Under the pieces are notes generated by a model. The model saw only the letters and a program-made list of their open reading frames with translations, made no database searches and was not told where the DNA came from. From positions 33,609-97,608 of IMG/VR virus record IMGVR_UViG_3300032251_000002: a DNA stretch of 64,000 bases; one strand, 5' to 3'. The stretch is from a virus. Both the position numbers and the translations under genes were made by a program. Each line of letters opens with the position of its first letter. The stretch's first letter is position 1. Below, piece after piece: positions 9,495 through 19,403 of the stretch.

Positions 9495-10427
9495 TTATAA
9501 TACTGTTACACGCTCTAAAAAGCTATTGATATCTAATATTAAAGTATTTTTACTACCATTTAAATATTCAAAAACTATATAGTTACAAGTATTGAAATAA
9601 TGTTCTTCCTCAGCATCTCTTGCTATACATTTATCAAATTGTCTTTGGTCATCAGCGTAATTATTATTTAAATCTATAATTGATTTAACACTTATTTCAC
9701 CATGAGGTATATTGCAATTAGTTCTACCATTTTTGAAACTAGTTGGATAAATGTTAAATTCAAAATGAACTTGAACGTCTGATGCGTCATCTAATGGTCT
9801 TAACTCTGCTACACCAGCAAATAGATTTATATTCATAGCTTGATTCTCAAACTTACTGTCAATATACTCAAACTCAACATATGGAGAATTTTGATAGTAT
9901 TCTTTATCTACATCATTTTTACATGCATTAACATCAACATATCGTTCTTCCATTGCTATTACAGAGTCATTTTTTGTAGTTATAGCTTTAACTCTAACTA
10001 AACCTTTTGGTAAATCTATTGCATGATTATGCACTTTATGTGAATTAATCCAGTATATTCTCTCTTCTTGAACTATAGCATAAGTTTCGTCAATTTCATC
10101 TGGAACTTCTTCAATAGTGTTTAATTCTTCTTCTACTGCAAAATCATCATCTTCAAAATCATCTAATGGATAACCATTAAATTCATCAACAGATTCTACA
10201 ACTTCTATATCAACATACTCAGCTTTAACCTTTACATTAATACATTCATCTTTATTATGTTGATTTAAAGACAACATACAGAAAGATTCAATTTCAGTAT
10301 CATATATAAAAGCATAACCTTCTTCATATGCCTTCATTATAGTTAATCCATCTAAATCAGTAACATTCTTAATATGACTTTTTTTAACTCTATACTGTTT
10401 ACCCTCTTCGTTTAATTTAACTGCCAT
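9495..10427 (-). CDS. Hypothetical protein with internal domain duplication
   Basis: LPKGLVRVKAI...YVEFEY repeated as IPHGEISVKSI...YIVFEY. Confidence 0.7.
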   Translation of the reverse strand: MAVKLNEEGKQYRVKKSHIKNVTDLDGLTIMKAYEEGYAFIYDTEIESFCMLSLNQHNKDECINVKVKAEYVDIEVVESVDEFNGYPLDDFEDDDFAVEEELNTIEEVPDEIDETYAIVQEERIYWINSHKVHNHAIDLPKGLVRVKAITTKNDSVIAMEERYVDVNACKNDVDKEYYQNSPYVEFEYIDSKFENQAMNINLFAGVAELRPLDDASDVQVHFEFNIYPTSFKNGRTNCNIPHGEISVKSIIDLNNNYADDQRQFDKCIARDAEEEHYFNTCNYIVFEYLNGSKNTLILDINSFLERVTVL

Positions 10428-10490
10428 AATTAATCCTCCTTAATTACATATTAAATAAGGGATATCTAAATTAATAGATATCCCTTGATA

Positions 10491-12527
10491 TTATTTATTG
10501 AGTAATAAACTCTTTAAGAAACTCTCATTAATGATTGGAATTCCTAAATCTTTTGCATCTTTATTCTTACCTGTATTACTTTCGATATCATTATTAATAA
10601 GATAATTAGTATTCTTACTTACCTTACCACTAACTTTATGACCAAGTAACTCTAACTCTTTCTTAAGTTCTGTACGGTTTTTCCACTGATTTACTGAACC
10701 TGTGATTACAAACTTATACTTAGGAGTGTTGCCATTTTTAGCAATAGCTTCTTTAAATATACATAAGTTGTTTTCAACATGATTATAAACATCAATGAAA
10801 TCATCTTGGAACTTTCTCATACCTTTAATAAACTTATTAATTCTGATGTCGGAGAATCCTTCAGTGTGTAATAATGTTTCATAGAATTCTTCACCTTCAT
10901 AGAAAAATAAATCTTCATCATAATCAGCAAATAGTTCTTCAATTGTCCAAATTGTCATAAGGTCTTTTGCTTGAGACAATCCAAAGTCATCAATACCTAG
11001 TCCAGCAAGAATCTCATAATCAAATGGTTGCTTACTTTCAATAGCTTTTTTAATTCCATTAGCAGATACTTTACCCATGCCATCAAGTTTAGCAACTTCA
11101 TTATAATCTAACTCATAAAGGTCAGATATACGGTGTAGCATATCAGCATTATAAAGTTTCTTAAGAGTGCTTGAACCTACACCTTTGATATCAAGTTTTA
11201 CTAAATATCTTTCAACTCTACCTACAATTTTACCATCACATTCTTCATTATAACAATAAGCAAAGACTTCTGTATCATTTAAGAATATTGGTTTCTTACA
11301 TATAGGACATAGTTGTATAAATTCGAATGGCTCAATCAAATCATTCTCTGGAACATCAAGTTTTTCAACATATGATAAAGTATCATTACGATATTGAACT
11401 AATACTTTACTGCCAATTCCCAGACCTAATTTTTCAAATCTCTCATAGTTAGCTAGGGATACAGTTGTCTGTTCAGCACCATTAAACACAACTGGCTCAA
11501 ACACAACTTTAGGAGTAATTCTACTTGTCTTACCATAATCAAATACAAAGTCAACTACAGTTGATTCTTTTTCCATATAAGGGAACTTTAAAGCAACTGC
11601 CCACTTAGGTTTAGAGTTTGTAATTCCTAATTTACGATACTTAGGGTCAAGTAATTCAATTACCAAGCCATCAATCATAAATGGTAAATCAAATCTTTCA
11701 GTTGAAAGAGTATCATAGATGTCTTCAATTTGTGTTGTAATAGTGTCTAAGTCACCCTCAAGTATTTCAAGATTATCATTAAACTTAATAGAATTTAAAG
11801 AACCAACCTTACCACTAAATTCTCTTTCAATGAATAAATATTCATCCATTTTATCTACTTCTTCATCAATGAAACTCATACCTAATGGAACTAGAGTAAG
11901 ATATTCTACATATTCATGTGCATTATCTCTATCAAGTAATCCAGCTACTAAACTTCTTGGATTAGCATATGTAGACAATCCTGGCTCTTCTTGTATCAAA
12001 TCAAAGTTTTCATAAGTAGTCATAACTTCATATTTAATTCCTACATGAGATTCATCTAAGATAGTCATATCTTTAAATACATGGTATAAATCTTTACCTT
12101 TACCATTTCTACCTCTTGTTAATGCAGTTACGACCTTACCTTTATTGTACTCAATAACTACACTGTTACCATCATACTTATAAGATAATCCTACATCAAA
12201 CGGACCAAAGTCATTACCTGTAGTTCTATAAAACCATTCCTTAAGTTCAACAATAGTATTTACTTTAGAAAGTGACCCAACAAGGTGTCCAAAAGAATGT
12301 TTAACATTTACTGTACCTTTACCCTCTTTAGGTTCTGCTCCAATAGGTAATGGACCAACTTCACTTTCATATCTATCTCTTAATGCATCATATATGTCAT
12401 CTGACATAGATTTCTTTTCTTCATTGTAATAAGTTTTAGCTGCTTTTTCTAACATCATCTTAACTAAGGACTGCTGTTTAGCATCCCATTTAGGTAAATC
12501 TAAGTAATCTGAAGTTCTTAATCCCAC
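10491..12527 (-). CDS. ligA: NAD-dependent DNA ligase
   Basis: KYDG adenylation motif, ALTRG, IDGLV, zinc finger CPIC...C...C, HhH repeats, C-terminal BRCT. Confidence 0.96.
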   Translation of the reverse strand: MGLRTSDYLDLPKWDAKQQSLVKMMLEKAAKTYYNEEKKSMSDDIYDALRDRYESEVGPLPIGAEPKEGKGTVNVKHSFGHLVGSLSKVNTIVELKEWFYRTTGNDFGPFDVGLSYKYDGNSVVIEYNKGKVVTALTRGRNGKGKDLYHVFKDMTILDESHVGIKYEVMTTYENFDLIQEEPGLSTYANPRSLVAGLLDRDNAHEYVEYLTLVPLGMSFIDEEVDKMDEYLFIEREFSGKVGSLNSIKFNDNLEILEGDLDTITTQIEDIYDTLSTERFDLPFMIDGLVIELLDPKYRKLGITNSKPKWAVALKFPYMEKESTVVDFVFDYGKTSRITPKVVFEPVVFNGAEQTTVSLANYERFEKLGLGIGSKVLVQYRNDTLSYVEKLDVPENDLIEPFEFIQLCPICKKPIFLNDTEVFAYCYNEECDGKIVGRVERYLVKLDIKGVGSSTLKKLYNADMLHRISDLYELDYNEVAKLDGMGKVSANGIKKAIESKQPFDYEILAGLGIDDFGLSQAKDLMTIWTIEELFADYDEDLFFYEGEEFYETLLHTEGFSDIRINKFIKGMRKFQDDFIDVYNHVENNLCIFKEAIAKNGNTPKYKFVITGSVNQWKNRTELKKELELLGHKVSGKVSKNTNYLINNDIESNTGKNKDAKDLGIPIINESFLKSLLLNK

Positions 12528-12539
12528 AGTGTTTCCTCC

Positions 12540-13091
12540 TTAGTAATACTCATAATAATCTGGACTCACATAATCTACAAGCCAAACATTGTTAATAGTC
12601 TTATAAAATACTATACCATCATCATGCATTTTTTTAGCATTAATTCTAATTATCTTAGGGTCTCCTCTTCGACTGCCTACAGTTCTAGCAGTTTCTTCAT
12701 CTTTAGATAAATGTACTGCGTGTCTGGTCATTTTTCTAATACCATCATAAGATATAGTTTCCCAAGTTTTTTGAGTAGTTCCATGATATAAATATTTTGG
12801 TGGTATTTCTGGATGCATATTAAATGTAACATCTACTGTAGATATACTATGACCTTGATTAGCTCTAATCATATTACCATCTTTTGAGAATGAATACCTT
12901 GTTTTCTTATCAGTTGCAACTACTTCTTTAAGTTTTTCTAAAGACATTTTATGTTTTGGAGAAAACCTACTTATTCTATCAAGTAATTCTTCAACAAAAC
13001 AATACCCATCCAAGTCTAACTTAAGAGATAGACTTGATGGATTGTGTCTTAGAACATAACTAAGATATCTACTTAGTTTATCATTGTTCAT
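12540..13091 (-). CDS. kptA: RNA 2'-phosphotransferase (Tpt1/KptA)
   Basis: LSYVLRH, IRANQGHS, LYHGT, RHAVHLS; likely true start ATG 13091 (MNNDKLS). Confidence 0.92.
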   Translation of the reverse strand: MNNDKLSRYLSYVLRHNPSSLSLKLDLDGYCFVEELLDRISRFSPKHKMSLEKLKEVVATDKKTRYSFSKDGNMIRANQGHSISTVDVTFNMHPEIPPKYLYHGTTQKTWETISYDGIRKMTRHAVHLSKDEETARTVGSRRGDPKIIRINAKKMHDDGIVFYKTINNVWLVDYVSPDYYEYY

Positions 13092-13506
13092 CTCTGTACC
13101 CCTCAAAATTCTTCTTTGCAAATTCTTTGAACTCTTCAAGTGACATGATGTCCATATACTTATGACTAACAACATGACATTTAGCTTTGTAATACTTAAT
13201 GTAATCATTGTTCTCAGTATATCCTTCTCCATCAAATACAAATATATGATGATGATATCCTAAAACACCTCTATCAAACATATGTGCCATTCTTTGAAGT
13301 TCTCTATTTGCTGCATTTTCACCTAACCAACCTATTTCAATAATCATTTGTGGTTTATTAGGGAAAGTTAATCTTAACATTTCATCTCTAGCTTCAGTAA
13401 TACCAAACTGGTCTCTGAACATAGCTTCTGATTCTGGATTCATTTTATAGCTTTTTAAGATTTCAATAACCTTATTTACTGGACTCATTACTGTTTGTTT
13501 ACTCAT
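13081..13506 (-). CDS. Hypothetical protein
   Basis: 141 aa ORF within operon. Confidence 0.65.
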   Translation of the reverse strand: MSKQTVMSPVNKVIEILKSYKMNPESEAMFRDQFGITEARDEMLRLTFPNKPQMIIEIGWLGENAANRELQRMAHMFDRGVLGYHHHIFVFDGEGYTENNDYIKYYKAKCHVVSHKYMDIMSLEEFKEFAKKNFEGYRDEQ

Positions 13507-13507
13507 A

Positions 13508-14101
13508 TTATTTACCTCTTTTCGTTATTAAGTTATTAAGACTTATAGCCTTATATAGTTTACCTAAAAATGATTGTTTCTTTTCAATAACTTTAGTTGG
13601 TTTTTCACCGACTAATAATACTTCTTTAGATTCAAAGCTTTTAAAGAATCCATCAAACACATTTTTGTTTTCAGTAAAGTATGTAATTGTTTTGTCAAGG
13701 TTTTCACTGTCAAAAATATTTCCTCTTACAAAATGAATATCACGTTTTAAGAAAGTATCCATATCTTTACTTCTAATGATTGCATAATCATGAGATACTA
13801 CATTAATATCAGTCATTGTAAAATCAAATAAATCTAAAGGATTATTCTTAACTCTATTTTTATGGAAAATTACAACTTGACTAGTATTTTCTCTAAGATA
13901 TCTTAGCATTCCTTTATGAAAAATACCTTCATCCGTAACTATAGAACCATCCCTCATTCTATTTGAAATTATTACATATGTGAAACCTTCTTCCTTCTCA
14001 GCCATATATTTTAAAGTAGTATGCCAATGTGTCAACCTTTGTTTCATAGCTCTAGCTTCAAGAATCCTACCTTCATCAATAAATGCATCATAAATTATCA
14101 T
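13508..14101 (-). CDS. Hypothetical protein
   Basis: 197 aa ORF with GGAGG RBS. Confidence 0.65.
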   Translation of the reverse strand: MIIYDAFIDEGRILEARAMKQRLTHWHTTLKYMAEKEEGFTYVIISNRMRDGSIVTDEGIFHKGMLRYLRENTSQVVIFHKNRVKNNPLDLFDFTMTDINVVSHDYAIIRSKDMDTFLKRDIHFVRGNIFDSENLDKTITYFTENKNVFDGFFKSFESKEVLLVGEKPTKVIEKKQSFLGKLYKAISLNNLITKRGK

Positions 14102-14140
14102 ATCTTTCCTCCCTTGTTAAAAAATATAGCCTAGAATAAT

Positions 14141-14719
14141 CTAGGCTATCTTACTTATAATCCAGAAACCACCATTAATAACTCTCATAGCTCTTATAAG
14201 AGTATCAACTGTTGCTTCTTTTCTTTCAGTAATATTTTCATAATCAATTCCTACAGGTGATAAGATTAAACAATTATTTTGTTCATCTATTCCTTCTATA
14301 AGAACTACATGTCTTGATGGTTTATGTTTAGAATTAACTAAACTGTAATCTAAACTAACAATAATATCTGCATCATTGTTAAGAATTAAATTCTTAACAT
14401 AATTTGCATCATAATCAAATGAGTCTTGAACTGCTTTCCAATCAACATAAGTTTCCTTTAATGGAATTCCTTCTGGTTTAAAGAATTGTTGGTTTAAATC
14501 ATTTACATGACAACCTTGGTCTTCAAACTTTTTAGCAATTTTAACATTAGGATACATTTCTTTATCTTTTTCAGATGTTTGAAATTTAAGAAATTTTGTT
14601 GCTAATCCTAATTGAGAGTAACCTTTATCAAGGTTATGTCTCTTTAGAATCATTAGTATACATGCTGGAACACACATATTTGGGTCTTGATTAACTATAA
14701 TTTTGTATCTTTTCTTCAA
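14141..14719 (-). CDS. C39-like cysteine peptidase domain protein
   Basis: Q-x4-CVPACILMIL ... RHVVLIEGID; TTG start. Confidence 0.7.
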   Translation of the reverse strand: MKKRYKIIVNQDPNMCVPACILMILKRHNLDKGYSQLGLATKFLKFQTSEKDKEMYPNVKIAKKFEDQGCHVNDLNQQFFKPEGIPLKETYVDWKAVQDSFDYDANYVKNLILNNDADIIVSLDYSLVNSKHKPSRHVVLIEGIDEQNNCLILSPVGIDYENITERKEATVDTLIRAMRVINGGFWIISKIA

Positions 14720-14730
14720 ATCAAAACCTC

Positions 14731-15297
14731 CTAAATAAGTGACTTGTCAAATTTTGATTCATCTACATTTTGTACCAATGATGACATATCAATACCCATT
14801 TCAATAAACTTATCAAAAGCTTTTCTTGCTGAATTCTCATTAACTATATGAAATAATACTGCATATTGTTCCTTGATGTCATCAACTAATTCACAATTAA
14901 CTTTAGATAGATTTATTATTATTTCACTTAGTTCAGGATTACTTTCAGCTGTCACACTATAGTTTTCTGATACAAACTTAATAAAGTCAGTTTCATTGTC
15001 TCTCTTGTTATCAATATTTACACCAGTCATACCATATCTATTAAGTATACTTTTAAACTCGTAAGATTCAAGTTTGAAATATCCTTTTTTCAATAGTTTT
15101 TTAACATTTTCCATTGCATGAGTATAATGACTAAAAGCCATTTGAAGTTCTTCAAATGCTTGCACATGGTTCTTTTTAAGGTCAAGTTCAATTAAACCAG
15201 CAACTTCTTGTTGAAATCCAGTGGTTACTTCACCTATACGTTTTTTCTTCTTAGATGTTAAGAATTCTCTTAATGTTTTTTTAGTAATGTTTGCCAT
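14731..15297 (-). CDS. Hypothetical helical protein
   Basis: 188 aa ORF with RBS. Confidence 0.65.
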   Translation of the reverse strand: MANITKKTLREFLTSKKKKRIGEVTTGFQQEVAGLIELDLKKNHVQAFEELQMAFSHYTHAMENVKKLLKKGYFKLESYEFKSILNRYGMTGVNIDNKRDNETDFIKFVSENYSVTAESNPELSEIIINLSKVNCELVDDIKEQYAVLFHIVNENSARKAFDKFIEMGIDMSSLVQNVDESKFDKSLI

Positions 15298-15313
15298 TGG
15301 TTGTTCTCCTTAT

Positions 15314-15517
15314 CTAAAATGATGTCTTAAGTTGTGAAAACTTATTACATGGAATTAAACAATCTTTTCCAATTGTTATAACTACTTCAGATAATCTATC
15401 CTTAATCAATTCAATTACTTCATTGTTTAATGCAAGATAGTCATCTTTAAATTTACATACGCTTTCCTTATTACAATTATCACACACTCTTAATCTACTT
15501 TCTGGACTTCTAGCCAT
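15314..15517 (-). CDS. Small Cys-rich protein
   Basis: CDNC...C; directly after early promoter. Confidence 0.6.
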   Translation of the reverse strand: MARSPESRLRVCDNCNKESVCKFKDDYLALNNEVIELIKDRLSEVVITIGKDCLIPCNKFSQLKTSF

Positions 15518-15530
15518 TGTAATTCCTCCT

Positions 15531-15554
15531 TATCCTAGCTATAATATATACTTA
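15531..15554 (-). promoter_or_regulatory. Early-type promoter
   Basis: TAAGTATATATTATAGCTAGGATA. Confidence 0.65.
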
Positions 15555-16664
15555 AAATTTATCTTTACCATAGATGAAACCACATGTAGACAATATAATA
15601 TTCAAAAGAAGTATTACAGTATAAGCTACACCAGATGGGTCTAATTGAATGTATTCAAAATCAGCCATTTCTTTTCTATCAAACTTATCTATTATATAAG
15701 CTTCAGTTTCATCTAAAATGTTATAAAACATTTCAGTAGTTCCATAATTATTAATCATGTTTCTTACTTCAATTTTTAAAGCTTCATCTTCTGCCCATGA
15801 GAATACATGAGTCCATTCAATATCAGTTCCTTTAGAACCTATTACAATAATAAAATCATTCTTATTACCATTTTCCCATTTCTCTTGAAGTGCATATGCT
15901 TCTTGAATTGGAACATTTCCAACGTTAACAACTATAACATTAATTTCTTTCCATGACTTCTTCTTACCAGTTTCTTCATCAGTTATCATGGTGTTAAGAT
16001 TAGAATTCATCTCATTTAAATTTTCCAAAGTTTTATCAAATTCTGGAAATGCACCTAGTAGTCTCATTACCATAAAATTTTTCACATCATTAGGATACTC
16101 TGGTAAATGTTTGTAATCCTTGATATCTATCTCTTCATATTTATATATTGAACTTGAGACTTTTAGATAATTATCGTACTTGTGTAAACTTGATGTTGGT
16201 TGACCTATTTCCCACCATTGATATAACTCACTAGCTTTATTAGGATAACTATCTTTAAATCTAGTTCCATCAGGTGCTTTAGTCACATATTGTTTACCAC
16301 CATCAGATGTTTTAATCCAGTTCTTAGCTGAATGATGTTTCCATTTTCCTGGGATGGTTTCTATATACGTTTCGGTTTTTGTTTTACCATTTACAGTTTT
16401 AGTTCTTGTTTTAGTTACAGTTTTAGGTGGAATCCATTCATCCCATTCCTCTTTATGACCTACTTCAGTTATTCTACCTGACCATATTTCAGTATCAGTT
16501 ATTCTTGCTTTAATATCTATCTTTATTACAATAAAGTTAATTGCAATTAAAATAAAAACTCCCAGTACTATAAAGTGTACTGGGATTTCTATATTTAATT
16601 TAACTTTAATTATAATAAATATTATAGCAAGTAAAATTGGTAATCCTACTGTTACAATATTCAT
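15552..16664 (-). CDS. Membrane protein, partner of LemA-like gene
   Basis: Two N-terminal TMs, DTEIWSG, WENGNKND motif, C-terminal TM. Confidence 0.7.
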   Translation of the reverse strand: MNIVTVGLPILLAIIFIIIKVKLNIEIPVHFIVLGVFILIAINFIVIKIDIKARITDTEIWSGRITEVGHKEEWDEWIPPKTVTKTRTKTVNGKTKTETYIETIPGKWKHHSAKNWIKTSDGGKQYVTKAPDGTRFKDSYPNKASELYQWWEIGQPTSSLHKYDNYLKVSSSIYKYEEIDIKDYKHLPEYPNDVKNFMVMRLLGAFPEFDKTLENLNEMNSNLNTMITDEETGKKKSWKEINVIVVNVGNVPIQEAYALQEKWENGNKNDFIIVIGSKGTDIEWTHVFSWAEDEALKIEVRNMINNYGTTEMFYNILDETEAYIIDKFDRKEMADFEYIQLDPSGVAYTVILLLNIILSTCGFIYGKDKF

Positions 16665-16673
16665 AATAACCTC

Positions 16674-17231
16674 CTAATCGTCTTTGTTATCAAATAAGTC
16701 TACTTCATCACTACCACCATCATCAAATGTTTTCTTAGTCTCATCAGATGTGATAACGAAGTCATTCATATCTAGTTCAGTTTTACCTAAGATAGCTGAC
16801 ATAATGAAATGAACTTCTACATAAGTATTGTATTCTCTAACAACATCTGTAATCTTCATTTGCATATTATTAAAGTTTGCTCTACCACTCTCAATAGCAG
16901 CTTGTAAGTTAGTATAAACTTCAGTACCTAGTTGTGGATTATCTTCTTTAATCATTTGGAATAAAGGAGCAGAGTCTTCATAACGACCACCAATTAATCC
17001 AGTATATAATTCTTTATAATGTTCAGCTTGCTGCTCTGTTACTTGTGCCATTTCTTTAAATGTTTTCCACATAGCATCATAAGATGTTTGGTTGGCAACA
17101 TACTGTGCATCAATTTGATTTTCTAATTTAATCATAGTTGTTCTTGATGATAATACTGATGCTATTGAACCTACAATTAGTAACAGTACAATACCTAAAA
17201 TTGATAATCCGATAATAGTTCCTTTTTTCAT
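16674..17231 (-). CDS. LemA-like membrane-anchored coiled-coil protein
   Basis: N-terminal TM; IESGRANFNNMQ...YNTY. Confidence 0.65.
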   Translation of the reverse strand: MKKGTIIGLSILGIVLLLIVGSIASVLSSRTTMIKLENQIDAQYVANQTSYDAMWKTFKEMAQVTEQQAEHYKELYTGLIGGRYEDSAPLFQMIKEDNPQLGTEVYTNLQAAIESGRANFNNMQMKITDVVREYNTYVEVHFIMSAILGKTELDMNDFVITSDETKKTFDDGGSDEVDLFDNKDD

Positions 17232-17243
17232 TTTAAATCTCCT

Positions 17244-17534
17244 TTATTGGTTGGCTTGTTGGTCTAAAAGTATAGTTAATAAATCATTTCTACACTTTGT
17301 AGCTAACTTATCTAATGATAAGTCTTTTCTTATGAGCAAGTCTCCGACAAATTGCAATGTTGAGTTAAGTTCAGTCTTTAGACTTGGGTCACTTAAACGA
17401 ATTATAAAGTAAGGACTAAAGTTGTTGTGATTAACTTCAACTCTTAATGACTCACTACCATAATCCTTCCTAAGTACTTGTTTAATTAAATCAATTTTTT
17501 CTTTTAATTGATTTGTCTTGTATTCTTCTATCAT
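17244..17534 (-). CDS. Small protein of the shared C-terminal-helix group
   Basis: Ends CRNDLLTILLD. Confidence 0.65.
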   Translation of the reverse strand: MIEEYKTNQLKEKIDLIKQVLRKDYGSESLRVEVNHNNFSPYFIIRLSDPSLKTELNSTLQFVGDLLIRKDLSLDKLATKCRNDLLTILLDQQANQ

Positions 17535-17914
17535 TTCAAAATCACTTCCATTAATTGTACTTTGATTTCTTGACGTATTTCAGCTTTAGTTTTATTTAAA
17601 GCATCATAAATTGAAACTCTACCTACTTTAACAAATGTAGGTTCATTCTTTGTTCGTAAACCATTATTCTTTTCTTGTCTACCATCTTTCCATTCACTAC
17701 CATAAAACCATTCTTCATACTCTTGCATTTCAATAGTACCTACTTGCATACTAATAACAGTCTTCTTTGTAGAATTATCATATGAGTGTGAAGGAAAATC
17801 TGCAGCCATACCATTCTCTTTCAACATAAATCTAATTACATTGATTCTTTTATGGACTTGACGTTGGTCTAATAAATATTTCTTTTTTCTTTTATTTATT
17901 TTTTTCTTACCCAT
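17531..17914 (-). CDS. Small protein of the C-terminal-helix group with terminase-like peptide
   Basis: Internal MQEYEEWFYGSEW; ends IKVQLMEVILK. Confidence 0.65.
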   Translation of the reverse strand: MGKKKINKRKKKYLLDQRQVHKRINVIRFMLKENGMAADFPSHSYDNSTKKTVISMQVGTIEMQEYEEWFYGSEWKDGRQEKNNGLRTKNEPTFVKVGRVSIYDALNKTKAEIRQEIKVQLMEVILK

Positions 17915-18404
17915 TATCTTCTACTCCTAACTCGTTGTCTAAAATTAAGTCAAATAATTTCATTTTACATAATTGTATGATATCATCTTTCTTAGAAAAT
18001 GATGCTCTAGTTAACTTAAATTCAGTTACTTTAGTCTCATCTTTTTTAAATGAAAATGAAGAATCTGGTGGATTTAAAAATGAAGCTGGTACACCCAATG
18101 CATTTGCCATTTGTTGATTGAAATTCTGTGTAAGTTTCTTAAAAGCTTCTTTACTATACACTCTTCCATTTCTATTAGGTTGGTTAGCAGGTTGAGACAT
18201 TACAGCAATACTATCAAGTACTACCATTTCAGGCTCTTTCTTTGGTTTTGGATATGCATAAAAAGTTATAGTATCATTATTAACTCTTGTAGAAGCACTT
18301 ACTCTAATATTATTCTCATTACAAAATTGCTTAACGATTTTAATCTTTTTAGCATAACATTTCTTATTAGAATTTGGTATACGTTTATTGTCTTTAGGAA
18401 ACAT
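17907..18404 (-). CDS. MFPK-family motif-mosaic protein 1
   Basis: Paralog of 18877..19392; insert has VVLDSIA, QPNRNGRVYSKE, ANALGVPASFL. Confidence 0.75.
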   Translation of the reverse strand: MFPKDNKRIPNSNKKCYAKKIKIVKQFCNENNIRVSASTRVNNDTITFYAYPKPKKEPEMVVLDSIAVMSQPANQPNRNGRVYSKEAFKKLTQNFNQQMANALGVPASFLNPPDSSFSFKKDETKVTEFKLTRASFSKKDDIIQLCKMKLFDLILDNELGVEDNG

Positions 18405-18412
18405 ATAACCTC

Positions 18413-18877
18413 CTATTCTTTTATTAAACCATACTTAATTAATAAATCCAATGACAATTGAGTTGCTTCAAATATCTCCATAGATTTCATTTCATTTAAA
18501 GAGAACCATCCTATCTCATCTACTTCTCCTTCAGCTGGAATAAGGTGACTTGAATCTTTAACTTGTACTGCAAAAGCATAATCATCATACTCACCATCAA
18601 AGTAGTTTCCAAGGAATGTACAAGCATATACTATAAGACCACACTCTTCAAGTACTTCTCTTATAATAGCTGCTCTAGGTGTTTCACCTACATCACATTT
18701 ACCACCCATTAATCCCCAACTACCAGCACCCTTTCTAGGTAAACCTTTAGAGTTTATTGCACTCCTTTTACCTAATAAATACTTTCCATTTCTTCTAATT
18801 ATTGCACATGTACCTATTTTTGTTTCTCCACCTTCATAGATAATTAAATCTTTACTTACATTTAATACTTGACTCAT
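18413..18877 (-). CDS. Nudix hydrolase
   Basis: Nudix box GGKCDVGETPRAAIIREVLEECG. Confidence 0.92.
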   Translation of the reverse strand: MSQVLNVSKDLIIYEGGETKIGTCAIIRRNGKYLLGKRSAINSKGLPRKGAGSWGLMGGKCDVGETPRAAIIREVLEECGLIVYACTFLGNYFDGEYDDYAFAVQVKDSSHLIPAEGEVDEIGWFSLNEMKSMEIFEATQLSLDLLIKYGLIKE

Positions 18878-19392
18878 TATATAACTCCTTCTATAGATAA
18901 CTCCATTATTCTAGATTTAAACATACTTAATATTTTCTTACGCTTTAACTCAGAAACATTCTGTATAACTATTTTATGTAGAACTTGTGATGTACTTCTA
19001 CCAAAGTTAAAAAGTTGCACATCATCTATAAAATCTCCATCAAAATCACCACCAGACAAACTTGCCCAATTTGGATATAATTTAGATACATCTGGCATAC
19101 TGAATTCATCAATTATAATAGTACCTAATTTACGACCATTAGACTTTTTATTCTCTTTTAAATTAAGTACAGTGCTATTTTTAGAGTACTTTAAACTGTT
19201 ACCACCAGGTATGAACTTAGGTTTAGTCTCTTTCTTCTTAAGTATTTTTACAACTATAGTATCTCCATCAATATTTATACTAGTAGTTACTCTCAACCCT
19301 TGAGACTTAGCAAACCCTTTCAGAGTACTGGCTTTATTCTTATATTCTTGCTCTTTACTACTAATCCTATTGTCAGTATTCTTTGGGAACAT
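18877..19392 (-). CDS. MFPK-family motif-mosaic protein 2
   Basis: Paralog of 17907..18404; insert has IPGGNSLKY, IIIDEFSM, GGDFDGD. Confidence 0.75.
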   Translation of the reverse strand: MFPKNTDNRISSKEQEYKNKASTLKGFAKSQGLRVTTSINIDGDTIVVKILKKKETKPKFIPGGNSLKYSKNSTVLNLKENKKSNGRKLGTIIIDEFSMPDVSKLYPNWASLSGGDFDGDFIDDVQLFNFGRSTSQVLHKIVIQNVSELKRKKILSMFKSRIMELSIEGVI

Positions 19393-19403
19393 ACTAAACC
19401 TCC

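Noticed and set aside
13092-13241. N-terminal extension of Tpt1 in the ORF track
   Set aside because: Overlaps the upstream gene; the Tpt1 domain and a plausible RBS begin at 13091
13508-14101. Degenerate terminase ATPase resemblance
   Set aside because: No intact Walker A or B; similarity too vague to support
18869-19303. Numerous Ser/Leu/Ile-rich antisense ORFs (e.g. 18869+, 34823-, 50092+, 11719+)
   Set aside because: Shadows of well-supported genes on the opposite strand; no RBS
18877-19392. GGDFDGD as evidence of an RNAP beta' subunit or pseudogene
   Set aside because: Only ~10 aa match; flanks are paralogous to 17907..18404, not to RNAP; treated as a motif insert instead
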